NCBI RefSeq assembly: GCF_001194135.2
Contig: NC_068997.1
Location: 21,149,776-21,213,775 of the forward strand
Direction of reading: 5' to 3'
DNA length: 64,000 nucleotides
DNA from: Octopus bimaculoides
Lineage: Eukaryota
A program made the translations under genes and the position numbers. Below, one piece after another: positions 63,650 to 64,000 of this stretch. The notes below the pieces were generated by a model. It had not been told where the DNA came from. It searched no databases and saw only the letters and a list, made by a program, of their open reading frames with translations. Position 1 is the stretch's first letter. Every line of letters begins with the position of its first letter.

Positions 63650-64000
63650 GGAAACGTGAACTGGAGTGGATAATGAGTGTGATAGAGTGAGTTGAGTATT
63701 AGGGTATGCGTGAGCTGAGCGTTGGCTGAAAAAACTTGAGTGGTTAGAGAGGTGAATTAAATGGTGAGTGAACTGTGACTAAAGTGTGGAGTAAGACGTA
63801 ACTGGTATGGTGAGTTAAGTATTACTTGAATGCTTAATATGGTGACTTGAGTTGAGTGTTGGCTGTAATAAAATTTGAGTGAGACTTGTGTTTTGGGCGA
63901 GATAACTTGAATGGTTAATGAAGGAATTTGACTGTTGGGTGAGGTGATTTAACAGATTACTGGAGTGTGACTTGAGTGATGAGGGAAGAGTGACATCAAT
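63650..64000. repeat. Degenerate G/T-rich, C-poor repeat built from ACTTGAGTG/GTGAGTTGAG-like motifs; runs off the window end
   Basis: Recurrent 15-30 bp blocks (see findings). Confidence 0.65.

Overview
Eukaryotic (metazoan) non-coding DNA from a gapped draft assembly. The SINE sequences and extreme microsatellite load suggest an Octopus genome; this is inferred from remembered repeat sequences, not from a search. There are 21 N-gaps, most flanked by (TA)n or (TG)n. I find no protein-coding gene that I can support: almost all ORFs in the supplied track are translations of microsatellites or N-runs. The window looks like a very large intron or gene desert. It contains (i) three tRNA-headed SINE families, given working names family A, family C and CORE-type, with more than 25 copies or fragments; (ii) about 12 copies of an old (AAC)n-tailed dispersed repeat (family B); (iii) one relic resembling a cuttlefish/squid SINE body; (iv) a 677-bp internally deleted Tc1/mariner-superfamily element with both TIRs and a decayed DUF4817-type transposase N-terminus; (v) an RTE-LINE 3' remnant; and (vi) many micro- and minisatellites. 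I cannot claim a new multi-gene system. The most interesting structure is non-coding: mirror-symmetric SINE cassettes that could fold into long dsRNA, head-to-tail SINE arrays, a four-part SINE mosaic, a hairpin module shared between SINE families, a 43-bp E-box/AGGTCA element repeated 8 kb apart, and a decayed 33-bp minisatellite whose better units read as an 11-aa repeat.
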